Shown in pieces: positions 1-10,680 of a DNA stretch of 64,000 bases. Each line of letters opens with the position of its first letter. The first letter of the stretch is position 1. Below the pieces are notes generated by a model. It was not told where the DNA came from and ran no database searches. It saw only the letters and a program-made list of their open reading frames with translations. Source of the stretch: Candidatus Thorarchaeota archaeon (lineage in GTDB: Archaea; Asgardarchaeota; Thorarchaeia; Thorarchaeales; Thorarchaeaceae); NCBI GenBank assembly GCA_046482545.1, contig JAWOEX010000010.1, forward strand, positions 160,001-224,000. Reading direction: 5' to 3'. The position numbers were made by a program, and so were the translations under genes.

Positions 1-265
1 GAGGCGTTATGCAATCTCTCGTTGTGGTTGCTATGGCAGCTACAACCGATTCAGCTCCGTATTCGTAGGCAGCTATCGCACGTTGCATGGTGTTTCCCGC
101 TGCCCTCCAGAAGGCCTCCGGAACCTGTTCATGCGTTTTCAACCTACGTGGCTTTGCAGGATATTCCTCGTAAGCCTTACTCAGTTCTCGCCCATCTTCA
201 TCCACAAGGACGGAACGAGCACCCGTAGTGCCGATATCAAAAACAGCAAAGACTCGATTGGTCAT
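1..265 (-). CDS. FGGY-family carbohydrate kinase (xylulokinase-like), N-terminal part, runs off the window
   Basis: Manual translation MTNRVFAVFDIGTTGARSVLVDEDGRELSKAYEEYP...HEQVPEAFW; contains the FGGY_N motif DIGTTGAR; not in the ORF track. Confidence 0.85.
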   Translation of the reverse strand, partial: MTNRVFAVFDIGTTGARSVLVDEDGRELSKAYEEYPAKPRRLKTHEQVPEAFWRAAGNTMQRAIAAYEYGAESVVAAIATTTRDCITP

Positions 266-343
266 GTAATCACCCATGTTGGAGAATACTACTACTTGAT
301 ACAGAGGTACAATAAGACTCCTTCGCCAGTAGTATTATGAGGG

Positions 344-1315
344 ATGGACATGCCAGAAAGCAAAATGAATGATAAAGCGGTCATGACCAAAATCTCAGAC
401 CATTTCTATTTGATTAGAGGAAAGAATCGGTCCCGTTTTCCGGAGGGAAACTGTGTACTTGTTGATGATGAGACTCTGACTCTAATCGATGCCGGAGCGT
501 CTATCGACAACATCAAGCGGAGTCTTATGGAGCTGGGTTATGATATTGAAGATATTGATAGGATAGTCTTGAGCCATTTTCACATCGATCACAAAGGATA
601 TGCTAATGAAATCAATGAGGTAGCGTCTTGTGAAGTAATGTGTCATCCACTAGCAGATAAGGGAGTTATGACCTTCGAGGGCATGGTTGACTACTACGGC
701 ATAGACGAGCATCGCTACTACGATGATTGGGCGGGCTTTTTGAAACAGAGATTGCCTCACGTAATTCGAGAATACGAAATAACCAGCCATTTTGAAGATA
801 ATATTCCCATCAACTGCGGTGAAACGCAAATCATACCGCTTTACACACCTGGTCATACTATCGACCACACGTGCTTCGGACTCAATGGCTATGACGATTT
901 GTTACTCGTTGATATTGACCTGACTGGGTTTGGGCCGTGGTATGGAAACAAAGTAAGCGATATAGATGACTTTAGAGCATCCATAAGACGCATAATAAAA
1001 CTCAATCCCAAGATGGTGGTAAGCGGTCATCTGCAGGATCCAATCGTTGAGGACATAGACGCAAAACTGAAGGCATACCTGAACAAAATCGACAAGCGCG
1101 ATGACAAGATATTGAGACTAGTGTCTGAAGGCTATAACACCGTCAAGGCACTAGCAAATCTCCCCACAATTTACCCGCGAATACCGAGAGACCTCTTTCT
1201 AGTTTTTGAGGAGTTCATGCTCAAGAAGCATGTTGACTCCCTAAAGCGGAAGGGTCTACTGAGTGTATCTGAAGAAGGGATTCTTGGAATTGAATCCCAG
1301 AATGACAGCAAGTAA
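344..1315 (+). CDS. Metallo-beta-lactamase fold hydrolase
   Basis: SHFHIDH motif, TPGHT, SGH. Confidence 0.9.
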   Translation: MDMPESKMNDKAVMTKISDHFYLIRGKNRSRFPEGNCVLVDDETLTLIDAGASIDNIKRSLMELGYDIEDIDRIVLSHFHIDHKGYANEINEVASCEVMCHPLADKGVMTFEGMVDYYGIDEHRYYDDWAGFLKQRLPHVIREYEITSHFEDNIPINCGETQIIPLYTPGHTIDHTCFGLNGYDDLLLVDIDLTGFGPWYGNKVSDIDDFRASIRRIIKLNPKMVVSGHLQDPIVEDIDAKLKAYLNKIDKRDDKILRLVSEGYNTVKALANLPTIYPRIPRDLFLVFEEFMLKKHVDSLKRKGLLSVSEEGILGIESQNDSK

Positions 1316-1326
1316 GAGACTAAGTA

Positions 1327-2112
1327 CTACTCATGCTGAAACTCTGGCTTGCGCTTTGAGAGAAAAGCGTCTACCCCTTCTTCCTGATCTTTGGTATCGA
1401 AAGTTTTGCAGAATGCATCCTTTTCGAATTCAAGATTCTCGTCAAGCGGATCGGTCCAGGCTCTGTTGAGTGAACGTTTTGCCAAATCGATTGCCACACC
1501 AGGTTTCTTTGCCAGCTTCTGAGCAAGAGCCTTGGCTGCTTCCTTAACCTGAGTGACCGAATCGAAGAGCATGTTCACAAGTCCGTGAGAACATGCATGG
1601 CTAGCATCAACATGATCGCCCGTGAAAATCATCTCTTTGGCAAGTCCCAGCCCCATAAGCCGAGGCAACCGAACAGTTCCACCAAAACCGGGAATAATCC
1701 CAAGGTTGATTTCTGGCTGGCCAAACTTCGCATTTTCAGATGCATAGCGGATATCGCATGCCATTGCGATTTCACAGCCGCCTCCAAGGGCAAACCCGTT
1801 AACCGCTGCGATTACCGGCTTGCTCATCGATTCGATGTACGTGCAGAGCTCTTGGCCATTTTTAGCTAGCTCTCGAACAGTCTCAGAATTTCTTCCTTGG
1901 AATTCACTGATATCGGCCCCAGCCGCAAAGGCCTTTTCACCTGCACCCGTCAGTACAACTGCCCTGATATCGTCATCGTTTTCTGTCTGCTCGAATAACT
2001 CGCGCATTCTAGAAACAACAGCTGAATTGAGTGCATTCAGCTTCTTGGGGCGATTGATTGTGATTGTCGCCACACCTTCATCAACCTCGTATAGAACATC
2101 CTCATCAGACAT
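1327..2112 (-). CDS. Enoyl-CoA hydratase (crotonase)
   Basis: AFAAGADI, ALGGGCEIAMACD, GQPEINLGIIPGFGG. Confidence 0.95.
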   Translation of the reverse strand: MSDEDVLYEVDEGVATITINRPKKLNALNSAVVSRMRELFEQTENDDDIRAVVLTGAGEKAFAAGADISEFQGRNSETVRELAKNGQELCTYIESMSKPVIAAVNGFALGGGCEIAMACDIRYASENAKFGQPEINLGIIPGFGGTVRLPRLMGLGLAKEMIFTGDHVDASHACSHGLVNMLFDSVTQVKEAAKALAQKLAKKPGVAIDLAKRSLNRAWTDPLDENLEFEKDAFCKTFDTKDQEEGVDAFLSKRKPEFQHE

Positions 2113-2278
2113 TACAATCCCTTTCCAAATGAAATCAGCATCTGACTAATAGGAACAATCATCCGGGTAATAAGCATCCGGGTCACCTTCCAGAAGGAAG
2201 GAACAGATTCCCAAGAAGGAAAAGCGGTTTGTTTATTCCAATAGCCTTTTGTACGCGATTAACTATAATTATTATTGA

Positions 2279-3493
2279 TTGGAAATGAAAAGAGCTTGGC
2301 GCATAGCATCCGAGGATGAAATCGAGGAAGGTAAAACCACGGATGTCTACTTCAATCGGACTGTTGAGATATTAGAAGGAGAGAATGTTAACCCAACAGT
2401 GCATGCAGAGTTCACTGTTTCAAGTATGCCAAATGACCATGAGTGGGGCGTGACAGCAGGAATAGATGATGCGCTCAAGCTGTTAGAAGGAAAAGGAGTG
2501 GATGTCTATGGCCTTCCTGAGGGAACGGTCTTCTGGGCAAGGGGGAAGAACGGTGTCCGAACACCAGTTCTTGCTGTAGAAGGGGCATATCGAGATTTCA
2601 CCATAATGGAGACTCCGATACTTGGGTTTCTATGTCATACTGCTGGCATGGTTACCAAGACAGCACACGTACGACTAGCTGCGGGTGACAAGCTCTTGCT
2701 ATCCTTCGGTGCCAGGAGAACCCACCCTGCCATCACTCCCCAAGTAGCGTACGCAGGATACATAGGAGGTTGCGATGGAGTATCATGCGTCTTGGGCGGT
2801 GAAATGCTAGGCATTGAACCATCAGGAACCATGCCTCATGCCCTGATTATCTCATTTCAGAATCATAGAAAAGCTTGGGAGAGTTATGATAAGCATGTTG
2901 ACAAAGATGCTGCAAGAGTTGCCCTCGTTGACACCTATTTGGATGAAGTAAAGGAATCCATAATGGCCGCTGAGACCATTCAAGACCTAGATGGTGTACG
3001 ATTGGACACACCAAGCAGTCGCAGAGGTAGTATGGAACGTATCCTGCAAGAAGTGAGATGGGAACTGAATGCACGCGGATTCGACAAAGTGAAAATTTTC
3101 GTAAGTGGGGGCCTTGATGCTGATTCTGTTCGTGCATTGAGAGAAATTGGAGCAGATGGTTTTGGTGTGGGAGGAGCAATAAGCAATGCTCCAGCAGTCG
3201 ACTTCGCAATGGATATAGTTTCCATGGTTTCAGACGGAGAATGGATTCCTGTAGCCAAGCGCGGCAAGTTCTCCGGGAGAAAACGGGCTTGGCGCTGCAG
3301 AAACTGCCTGCAAACACAATCAACTCTCATCGATTCAGAACCGGGTAATTGTCCAGTATGCGGGGGGAAAATGGGGGAACTAACAGTGAAATTAATGGAG
3401 AATGGCGAAATTCTCCATGAACCTAAATCGCCGAATGTAATCAGAGACTCAGTATTAGAACAAATTAGGAGGTTGGATCAAGTTGATAGATAA
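2279..3493 (+). CDS. pncB: Nicotinate phosphoribosyltransferase
   Basis: TDVYF, SFGARR, GTMPH, GVRLDTP, C-terminal Zn ribbon. Confidence 0.93.
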   Translation: MEMKRAWRIASEDEIEEGKTTDVYFNRTVEILEGENVNPTVHAEFTVSSMPNDHEWGVTAGIDDALKLLEGKGVDVYGLPEGTVFWARGKNGVRTPVLAVEGAYRDFTIMETPILGFLCHTAGMVTKTAHVRLAAGDKLLLSFGARRTHPAITPQVAYAGYIGGCDGVSCVLGGEMLGIEPSGTMPHALIISFQNHRKAWESYDKHVDKDAARVALVDTYLDEVKESIMAAETIQDLDGVRLDTPSSRRGSMERILQEVRWELNARGFDKVKIFVSGGLDADSVRALREIGADGFGVGGAISNAPAVDFAMDIVSMVSDGEWIPVAKRGKFSGRKRAWRCRNCLQTQSTLIDSEPGNCPVCGGKMGELTVKLMENGEILHEPKSPNVIRDSVLEQIRRLDQVDR

Positions 3494-4049
3494 GATAGAT
3501 GCAGAAAAAACCGCGGTAATCATTGTAGATATGCTCAACGACTTCGTGAGAGAGGACGGAGCTTTACCGGTACCAGGAGCCGAAAATCTGATTCCAAACC
3601 AACAAAGAATACTCGAGAAGGCTAGGGATGAGGGTCTCTTCGTTGTATACGTTGCAGATCACCACATGCCGGATGACGAAGAATTTGAGGTGTGGGGTGC
3701 GCATGCGGTTGAAGGCACAGAAGGCGCGCAGGTCATAGAAGAGATAGCCCCAGAGGGAAATGAAAAGGTGATTCCCAAACGAAGGTATTCAGGATTTTTT
3801 GGTACCGACTTGGACCTGACTCTTCGGGAACACGATATTGAGAAAGTCATCATCTTCGGTGTGCTGACAGATATTTGCGTCAACTATACATCTGCCGGAG
3901 CAACAGCTCGCGGATATGACGCAGTTGTTGTCAGCGACGCGGTGGCCAGTAACGATGAAGAAGATCACAAGTTTGCATTGAAGCACATGCAGAAAGTTCA
4001 TGATACTACGGTTGCTACAAGCAATGAAGTTCTAGCTGCTATGACCTAA
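3483..4049 (+). CDS. pncA: Nicotinamidase / isochorismatase-family cysteine hydrolase
   Basis: IVDMLNDF, KRRYSGF, GVLTDICV; overlaps pncB. Confidence 0.85.
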   Translation: MIDKIDAEKTAVIIVDMLNDFVREDGALPVPGAENLIPNQQRILEKARDEGLFVVYVADHHMPDDEEFEVWGAHAVEGTEGAQVIEEIAPEGNEKVIPKRRYSGFFGTDLDLTLREHDIEKVIIFGVLTDICVNYTSAGATARGYDAVVVSDAVASNDEEDHKFALKHMQKVHDTTVATSNEVLAAMT

Positions 4050-4158
4050 CCGAATGGCGCGGTTTGGGTAGAATTGGATACTCATCTTTGAGTATTGAAA
4101 AAGTTTTATGTATTGCAAGATTCTCAAATCATAGAGTATTCCGCAGGGCTGAACAGAA

Positions 4159-4488
4159 ATGAACATCGAGGCGTGGAAGAAATCATTGGAGTCAATGAAG
4201 TCTTCCGTAGTTCTCAACTTCCGTACACGTTCACTAGTTCTCCAAGAGTCAGCGGTAGACAAAGCCCGAAAGGAAGGGAAGGATGTCCAGTTCATCGGCT
4301 GGCATGAAAACGAGGGGCGCCGGCGCATTCAGGATATCAAAGAAATCATCGATGAGGCTCTGGCGAAGATTGATGGAACGGATTACAAATCAGCTGCGAG
4401 AGTTTACCACGATACTCTGCAAGACATTGCTCGTTTAACAAGATGGACTAAGCTGTTAGAAGAAACAGTAAAGCATTCAGGGAGTTAA
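4159..4488 (+). CDS. Hypothetical helical protein (109 aa)
   Basis: Protein-like ORF filling the gap between genes; no motif recognised. Confidence 0.7.
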   Translation: MNIEAWKKSLESMKSSVVLNFRTRSLVLQESAVDKARKEGKDVQFIGWHENEGRRRIQDIKEIIDEALAKIDGTDYKSAARVYHDTLQDIARLTRWTKLLEETVKHSGS

Positions 4489-4531
4489 ATAGGAGGGTTG
4501 GAGGGCATAGTGGCCCTCGCTTTGTTTTAAT

Positions 4532-4948
4532 TTACACTAGCCACTTGTACGTGACAAGTCGTTCGTCCACTTGGTCAAACGCCAGTTTTAGCGGCATCCC
4601 CACTTCAGGTACGCTCATCAGGTTCGTGATATGCGCTGTGAGGCGAAGACCAGAAGGGAATTCTCCAATACCAACTACGTACGGCGCCTTTGAAGCCAGA
4701 GATTCTGGCGCAAAGTCCACAATCGTGTACGTATAGAGCTCCGCCTCACGTTCCTCGAATTCCTCAAGTTCACATTTGCTCATGTCGTCTTGACAGTATT
4801 CCCTAGGAGGGAGGTACTCCCTTCCGCATTCTGTGCAGACACTCTTCATAAGGGTCTCTTCCGCAAGCGCGTCCAAGAACTTCCTGTAGAAAGGTGTCAC
4901 CGCTTCGTCAGTTGTGTAACCAAGATATACTTCGTCTGTTGCCGCCAT
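4532..4948 (-). CDS. DUF35 Zn-ribbon/OB-fold thiolase partner protein
   Basis: CTECG...PPR, YTYTIV...PYVVG; directly downstream of the thiolase. Confidence 0.92.
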   Translation of the reverse strand: MAATDEVYLGYTTDEAVTPFYRKFLDALAEETLMKSVCTECGREYLPPREYCQDDMSKCELEEFEEREAELYTYTIVDFAPESLASKAPYVVGIGEFPSGLRLTAHITNLMSVPEVGMPLKLAFDQVDERLVTYKWLV

Positions 4949-4949
4949 T

Positions 4950-6113
4950 TTAGCTACGCTCCAGAATAAAGACGTTCACAAATTGTCCGCTCTGTCCAAC
5001 ATTATGCGCTAGGCCATATTGGACATCATCAATCTGCCGTGATGGTTCTTTCGCATTACCGCGCATCTGATTGAGTATCTCATAAATCATTGAAACTCCG
5101 GTGGCTCCAAGTGGATGTCCCTTACTCTTCAATCCCCCATCACAGTTGACAGGAATAGATCCATCGTGGTAGACCTCTCTATTCTCGATGAGTTCACGAC
5201 CCTCGCCCGGTTCAGCAAAGCCTAGGTCCTCATAAGCGATGAGTTCTGCTATGGTAAAGCAATCATGTACCTGAGCCATATCGATATCCTCGGGGCCTAC
5301 ACCTGCCATGTCGTAAGCAGCTTTCGCAGCACTTTTCGCTCCAGGTATTGACGTGAGACTGTCACGGTCCTGAATCATCATACTGGATGCTCCTGCGCCA
5401 ATGCCCTTAATCCAAGCTGGTTCATCACTCAGTTCCTTCGCAGTTTCTTCCTCAGCTATCACAACAGCCGCAGCACCGTCAGAAATTAGAGAACAATCGT
5501 AGAGGTTCAAGGGGCGCGCTATCGGGACAGAATTGTGCGCTTCTTCCAATGAAACCTCTCTAGGCAGATGTGCGTAGGGATTTTGAGCACCGTAATGATG
5601 GCTCTTGACAGAAATCTTCGAAAGTACCTCGTGGGGCAGGTCATATTCGGCCATGTATCTCGAGGCCATAAGTGCATAGAACGCAGGGAAGCTGATACCG
5701 TATGGATACTCCCACCGCATGTCGCCAGCCTGAGACATATACTCGGTAGCTGTGGCAGAAGAAACCCTGTTCATCTGCTCTACTCCAAGTACCAGCATAG
5801 TATCATATAGTCCAGCTGAAACCATTCCCCATGCAGCTCTCAGAGATGCTGTCCCGGTAGTACAAGCAGACTCTACCCTGAGGTGGGGTTTGTCATGTAG
5901 CCCCAAGTAATCAGCAATCAGAGCAGAACCCGCTCCTTGTCCTGTGAACTGAGAAGCGGCATATGACAGGACGGTTGCATCAATCATGTCCTGAGTGATA
6001 CCCTCGTCATAAATGGGCTTATACGCCTCAGCACTGAGCTCTCTCATTGTCGCATCCAGCCGTTTGCCAAATTTCGCATGGCCGGCCGCGACTACACCAA
6101 CTTTTCTAGCCAT
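4950..6113 (-). CDS. Thiolase (archaeal acetyl-CoA acetyltransferase type)
   Basis: ESACTTG, HDCFTIAE, GHPLGATG. Confidence 0.95.
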   Translation of the reverse strand: MARKVGVVAAGHAKFGKRLDATMRELSAEAYKPIYDEGITQDMIDATVLSYAASQFTGQGAGSALIADYLGLHDKPHLRVESACTTGTASLRAAWGMVSAGLYDTMLVLGVEQMNRVSSATATEYMSQAGDMRWEYPYGISFPAFYALMASRYMAEYDLPHEVLSKISVKSHHYGAQNPYAHLPREVSLEEAHNSVPIARPLNLYDCSLISDGAAAVVIAEEETAKELSDEPAWIKGIGAGASSMMIQDRDSLTSIPGAKSAAKAAYDMAGVGPEDIDMAQVHDCFTIAELIAYEDLGFAEPGEGRELIENREVYHDGSIPVNCDGGLKSKGHPLGATGVSMIYEILNQMRGNAKEPSRQIDDVQYGLAHNVGQSGQFVNVFILERS

Positions 6114-6484
6114 CCTTGTAAACCTCTTTTTTCATTTATCTGGGTTGCGGAACATTATCGAGGGTAGTCTTAAGCTTGACGATTGGTTGAAAATGGGATT
6201 ATGCCAAAAAAGCACAGTAAACACTATCGTTCAATATCTCCATCCAGAGCTGCTTTGTGAGGTTAGTGTGCTTCTGTTTCACGTCTGTATTATTCTCACC
6301 GCGAGACGTGAGAATCATCCTGTATTCCTAGCATTCCCATACAGATGATTTCCATTTGCATATTTATGGGAACAAATCGGCAAATACAATATACTCGGAA
6401 TGGGCCTGCACCCTAAAGGATAATCCATCGGTTCCTGCAAAGGGTACAGACCTAACAGGCTAGACCCGATACGTTTACTCGTAT

Positions 6485-7297
6485 CTACTTGCCCTTGAAC
6501 TTGCCGCGTCTTTTCTCGAATACTGCTTGGATACCTTCTCCAAGATCCTCCGTCTGGAAGCATTCGTACGCAGCTTCAACCTGGAATTCCAGATTGTCTT
6601 CGTAGTCTTCTTCGAAGGCCATGTGCACAGCCTGCTTTGCGAGCTTGAGGGCAATTGGTGCATTTCCACCGAGTTTAGCTCCATACCACATCGCCTGACT
6701 CATGAGCTCTTCCTCTGATGTTGCCTTGCTGATGAGTCCGATTTCCAAGGCCTCTTCAGCACTCAGTTGTCCACCAGTTAGAATGAGTTCCATAGCCTTG
6801 CCCAAACCAACTATCCGAGGTAACCGGACACAACCCCCCCAAGCAGGAATAAGGCCGAGGCTTACTTCTGGAGTGCCAATCTTGGCAGTCTCGTCAGCAA
6901 TTCTGATATCACAGGCGAGAGCTATTTCCGTGCCACCTCCAAGACAGAGACCATGGATTGCCGCAATAACTGGCTTTTCTAGCGTGGCAATTTTATCAAG
7001 TGCCTGTTGCCCCTGAGAGACCAATTCCTTTACCTCTTCGGGAGTCTCAAGGAGACCTTGGGCCATTTTCAAGTCTGCCCCGGTGCAAAATACCTTCTCA
7101 TGTGCGGTTGCAAGTACCACCGAACGAACTTCTTCATCCTTCTCTGCTTCATCAAGTGCATCACTCAGATCTTGGATGAACTGGTCATTGATTGCGTTCA
7201 TAGCATCAATTCGATTGAACTTGATTACTGCAGTATTCTTTACAGGTGAAAGAAAACTGCCTTCTTTGCTATATAACATCGTTTCAAATTCTGGCAT
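6485..7297 (-). CDS. Enoyl-CoA hydratase/isomerase
   Basis: FCTGADL, LGGGTEIALACD, PEVSLGLIP. Confidence 0.93.
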   Translation of the reverse strand: MPEFETMLYSKEGSFLSPVKNTAVIKFNRIDAMNAINDQFIQDLSDALDEAEKDEEVRSVVLATAHEKVFCTGADLKMAQGLLETPEEVKELVSQGQQALDKIATLEKPVIAAIHGLCLGGGTEIALACDIRIADETAKIGTPEVSLGLIPAWGGCVRLPRIVGLGKAMELILTGGQLSAEEALEIGLISKATSEEELMSQAMWYGAKLGGNAPIALKLAKQAVHMAFEEDYEDNLEFQVEAAYECFQTEDLGEGIQAVFEKRRGKFKGK

Positions 7298-7384
7298 TCT
7301 TAACCCCTACGAATCGTTTTATCTTCCATAGAACGAATACTGACTTATAAAGTCGTTTCTGGTTGTTTTAGAATAAAATCACTG

Positions 7385-7426
7385 CAAAAGAAAGAGAAGA
7401 AGGACGACTGAACTATGAGTCGTCCT
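7385..7426 (-). terminator. Hairpin plus T-rich tract after the hydroxyacyl-CoA dehydrogenase gene
   Basis: aggacgact-N8-agtcgtcct stem; pyrimidine run follows on the minus strand. Confidence 0.55.
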
Positions 7427-7440
7427 CATCCCATACTGAA

Positions 7441-8565
7441 CTAGTTGAGCATATCAGGAACCGAGTAGCACCCACCATGCTCCTTTTCCAGTTTCTCCAA
7501 TTCTTCTTTTACTGTATCGCGTCCCATATCCTCGAGCATTTCGAACGGACCCTTAGGGAAATTCGCTCCCAATTTCATGGCTTTGTCGATATCATCCCTT
7601 GATGCTATGCCTTCATCCACAAGGATCATTGCTTCACGAATCACGGGAACAGCAATCCGCTTGACCAAGCGGTCGGGGTCAGCACCCTTTGGCGTGTCTT
7701 CCTCCTCTGTTTTACCAGAGTAGTCATAGAAACCCTGTTGTGTTTTAGTTCCCAAATGGCCTGCATCAACCAACTCTTTAAGACTCTCAGGCGGCTTGAA
7801 GCAATCCCCAAGCTCGCGATAGAGTGTATCCATCGTATGGTATGCGATGTCGAGGCCTACGAAGTCGCCCAGAGAGAACGGCCCAGCTGGAAACTTGCCT
7901 ATAGTTGTCATCGCATTGTCGATTTCTTCTTTCGTGGCGACACCATTTTCCTCCAAGAGGATGGCTTCCCGAAGTACTGGCATCAGTACGCGATTCACTA
8001 TGAAGCCCGGACTGTCTTTGGCAGTCACAGACTCTTTGCCCTGCTTCTTGCCGACTGCAATAGCTGTCTGAACAGTCTCGTCACTTGTTTCGTCACCAAC
8101 CACCACCTCCAAGAGTTTCATGGCTGCAACAGGTGAGAAATAATGCATACCAATGAACTTCTCTGGGCGATCTGTGGCAGTAGCCATCTCATTGATGCTC
8201 AGAGAAGAGGTATTTGTTGCTAAAATTGTGCGCTCTGGAGCCAGAGAATCGACCTTGGAAAAGACTTTCTTCTTGACCTCCATTTTCTCGAATATCGCCT
8301 CGATAACCAGATCTGCGTCCTTGACAGCCGTTTCGGTATCTGTGGTATAATCAATGCGACCCATCAAATCCTGGGCTTCCCCCAGCGAAAGCTTGCCCTT
8401 ATCGACACCTGTCATGACATCACTGCGAATACGTTCCATCGCCTTGTCAAGGGCTTCCTGTTCGATATCTACAAGGTGGACATCAAAGCCATGCCACGCC
8501 GACACATATGCAATACCGGAACCCATCAAACCTGAGCCGATTATTGCTATCTTGTTGACATTCAA
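7441..8565 (-). CDS. 3-hydroxyacyl-CoA dehydrogenase with a duplicated C-terminal domain
   Basis: GSGLMGSGIA, TNTSSLS, GMHYFSP, PGFIVNR; second DIDKAMKLGANFPKGPF repeat. Confidence 0.95.
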   Translation of the reverse strand: MNVNKIAIIGSGLMGSGIAYVSAWHGFDVHLVDIEQEALDKAMERIRSDVMTGVDKGKLSLGEAQDLMGRIDYTTDTETAVKDADLVIEAIFEKMEVKKKVFSKVDSLAPERTILATNTSSLSINEMATATDRPEKFIGMHYFSPVAAMKLLEVVVGDETSDETVQTAIAVGKKQGKESVTAKDSPGFIVNRVLMPVLREAILLEENGVATKEEIDNAMTTIGKFPAGPFSLGDFVGLDIAYHTMDTLYRELGDCFKPPESLKELVDAGHLGTKTQQGFYDYSGKTEEEDTPKGADPDRLVKRIAVPVIREAMILVDEGIASRDDIDKAMKLGANFPKGPFEMLEDMGRDTVKEELEKLEKEHGGCYSVPDMLN

Positions 8566-8577
8566 TGATGTGACCCC

Positions 8578-8943
8578 CTACATTGCACTCGTCATGGCTT
8601 CGAGAATTAGATTGGCCAACGGATCGCTTTCATGGGCATTGCCGATTACTTCGAGTCGCCCATCCTTCATCGCTTGCCTGAAGTCAACCTCACCTGTAAA
8701 GATGCCAAGCAAAATCTCCGCATCAGCCTTGTAAATAACGTCTGGACTTGGATACTCACCTTCACGAAGCTCCATACCATCCTTAGTGACAACAATGTAC
8801 TGTGCGCCGGCCTCGGGAGTATAGACCTGGAGTATTTTACCCTGATAGGGGCCAACCCACTCCTTCACTCGCTCCTTTAGGCTGTCCTTCTCATTCACTT
8901 GGTGGAGAAAGAATTTGAAGAATTCTTGTAGTCGTTCTGCCAT
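8578..8943 (-). CDS. SCP2 sterol/lipid-binding domain protein
   Basis: PDVIYKAD...GEVDFRQAMKDGRLEVIGN. Confidence 0.85.
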   Translation of the reverse strand: MAERLQEFFKFFLHQVNEKDSLKERVKEWVGPYQGKILQVYTPEAGAQYIVVTKDGMELREGEYPSPDVIYKADAEILLGIFTGEVDFRQAMKDGRLEVIGNAHESDPLANLILEAMTSAM

Positions 8944-8945
8944 GT

Positions 8946-9224
8946 TCAGTCCTCCTCCTCCTTAGCAATCCACTCATCTATGGCGTCATGCATCGCTTCA
9001 TGCACGGATGAGGCCCAGATGTCTCCTTTTCTTTCACGAACTGTTTCTAGGAATTTGTCATACTTTTCGCCTTTCATCAACACCACTACTCGTCCCTTGC
9101 GATCGTCGACGAAGGCCTGATGCGCCATCTTCTTGCTTCGCCAGTATTCATGTTCCACATCGTCTTTGTCGAGACGTGGATAGAACGGCCACTCTCCACT
9201 TGGATGATCTCTGTATTTCGCCAT
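8946..9224 (-). CDS. Small hypothetical protein with a ribbon-helix-helix-like C-terminus
   Basis: ATG overlaps the upstream stop (TAATG); KFLETVRERKG...HEAMHDAIDEWI. Confidence 0.65.
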   Translation of the reverse strand: MAKYRDHPSGEWPFYPRLDKDDVEHEYWRSKKMAHQAFVDDRKGRVVVLMKGEKYDKFLETVRERKGDIWASSVHEAMHDAIDEWIAKEEED

Positions 9225-9490
9225 TAGCTCAACCTCCATTTCTTTACTAAATCGCCTTCTGCTTCTATGAAACCTGGCATAAATGGCCATTGCACGACGT
9301 ATCTCATGCCTTTGACGCCATCAACTTCACCGCGTGACCATCTGCCAGTATAGACGCGTCCACCGGTACCAGAAACCCATCTACCCATGACAACCTCAAT
9401 AAGACCTTCTAGACTCAGATTGGCTTCTTCAGCTCGTTCTTTCAGTTTCTCCTTAATTTCTTTGTCAAAATCAACTTTCACGATTGTCAC
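9224..9490 (-). CDS. Small protein with an N-terminal ribbon-helix-helix-like segment
   Basis: VKVDFDKEIKEKLKERAEEANLSLEGLIEVVM; coupled to both neighbours. Confidence 0.65.
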   Translation of the reverse strand: MTIVKVDFDKEIKEKLKERAEEANLSLEGLIEVVMGRWVSGTGGRVYTGRWSRGEVDGVKGMRYVVQWPFMPGFIEAEGDLVKKWRLS

Positions 9491-10260
9491 TCCTCCCTGA
9501 AAGCTAGACGGGTATACGGATTACCCCAACGCTCTTCGTACATTACACCTTCAAGCGGGGGCCGACTGGGACCCAGTTCTCGCATTCTCTCAGGCACGCC
9601 CAAGCTGAAGGCAGTCAGTGGTTTCCATATAGGAGGTATACCAAGCCGATCCCTTACCAGCTCTGCATGTCTCGGATCTGAGCAGACAAGGGCGTCATAG
9701 GCACAACAATAACCTAGTTCGGTTGCAACCAACCACATATTCTGAACAGCCATTCCTGCCACCACAGAACCAAACAAATCCAGTGGATACGTATAATTCG
9801 CATCGTGCCAACTCTCACTGGCACAGACTACTATGGTTACATCGCTATCCTCAGGGTAACGGAATAACTCACCATCCCTTAGTCTGCTGTATACTGATGC
9901 CCGATATGGATCGTTGATAAACCAGTTTCTTCCACTTGTGAGCTCAAAAGGAGCTCCGCCAAAGGCGGTCTGCGCCATTTCCTGAGCAATATCAGCTAGG
10001 AATTCCTTTGTCTCTTGGTCATCTCGGATAACCACAAATCGAATCATAAGCATGTTCTCGGGGCTCGGGGCATGTCGAGCTGCATCCAATATCATCTCCA
10101 CATGCTCATCCGGGATTCGCTCTCCTGTCATTCGTCGAATAGATCGACGTTTTTTGATTAATTCAACAGCGCTGAGTTTCTCCATCGTTTCAGGAGATTC
10201 TTCCGACTCAGAGTCTGTTTCAAATTTCTCTGTTGCACTTCCTGCCATTCTTTTGCACAT
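9487..10260 (-). CDS. Nitroreductase family protein
   Basis: KRRSIRR, AARHAPS, AVQNMWLVATELG. Confidence 0.92.
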   Translation of the reverse strand: MCKRMAGSATEKFETDSESEESPETMEKLSAVELIKKRRSIRRMTGERIPDEHVEMILDAARHAPSPENMLMIRFVVIRDDQETKEFLADIAQEMAQTAFGGAPFELTSGRNWFINDPYRASVYSRLRDGELFRYPEDSDVTIVVCASESWHDANYTYPLDLFGSVVAGMAVQNMWLVATELGYCCAYDALVCSDPRHAELVRDRLGIPPIWKPLTAFSLGVPERMRELGPSRPPLEGVMYEERWGNPYTRLAFREE

Positions 10261-10680
10261 CCTGCTATGTAGTTCTTATCTTCCTCTATTGTCGTATGGC
10301 GGTTTAAATCTATTACGAGCGGCAAAAAAGAAATCACTTTCAAGCAAAAATGGACAATAGAATTATCTGCTCCTGTGCAAAAAGCCTAGAAGTCGTCATA
10401 CTAGGCTAAGATAACTGAATCAAATAGGTTTTCAAAGTGACTGTTAGCCGTGCAGTCAATCCAGCTGATGTCTCATGAATACACTGGTATGAAGTATTAG
10501 CTCAATTGTTCTGTGTGTATTTGCTAGATATTCGCCATACCATACAAGCTCACTTATGCCGCTCACGATTGTCCAAGATGAAGCGCTGGTATTCTCCCGG
10601 AACACACAGCGCTTCATGTGTTATAGAGAGGAGCGGTAACGCTCCTTCTCGCCTCTCTAGAAAATTAATCAACTCTCAAA

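Noticed and set aside
6120-6480. Longer intergenic gaps (also 10261-10680)
   Set aside because: No convincing ORF, tRNA, repeat or element motif was seen.
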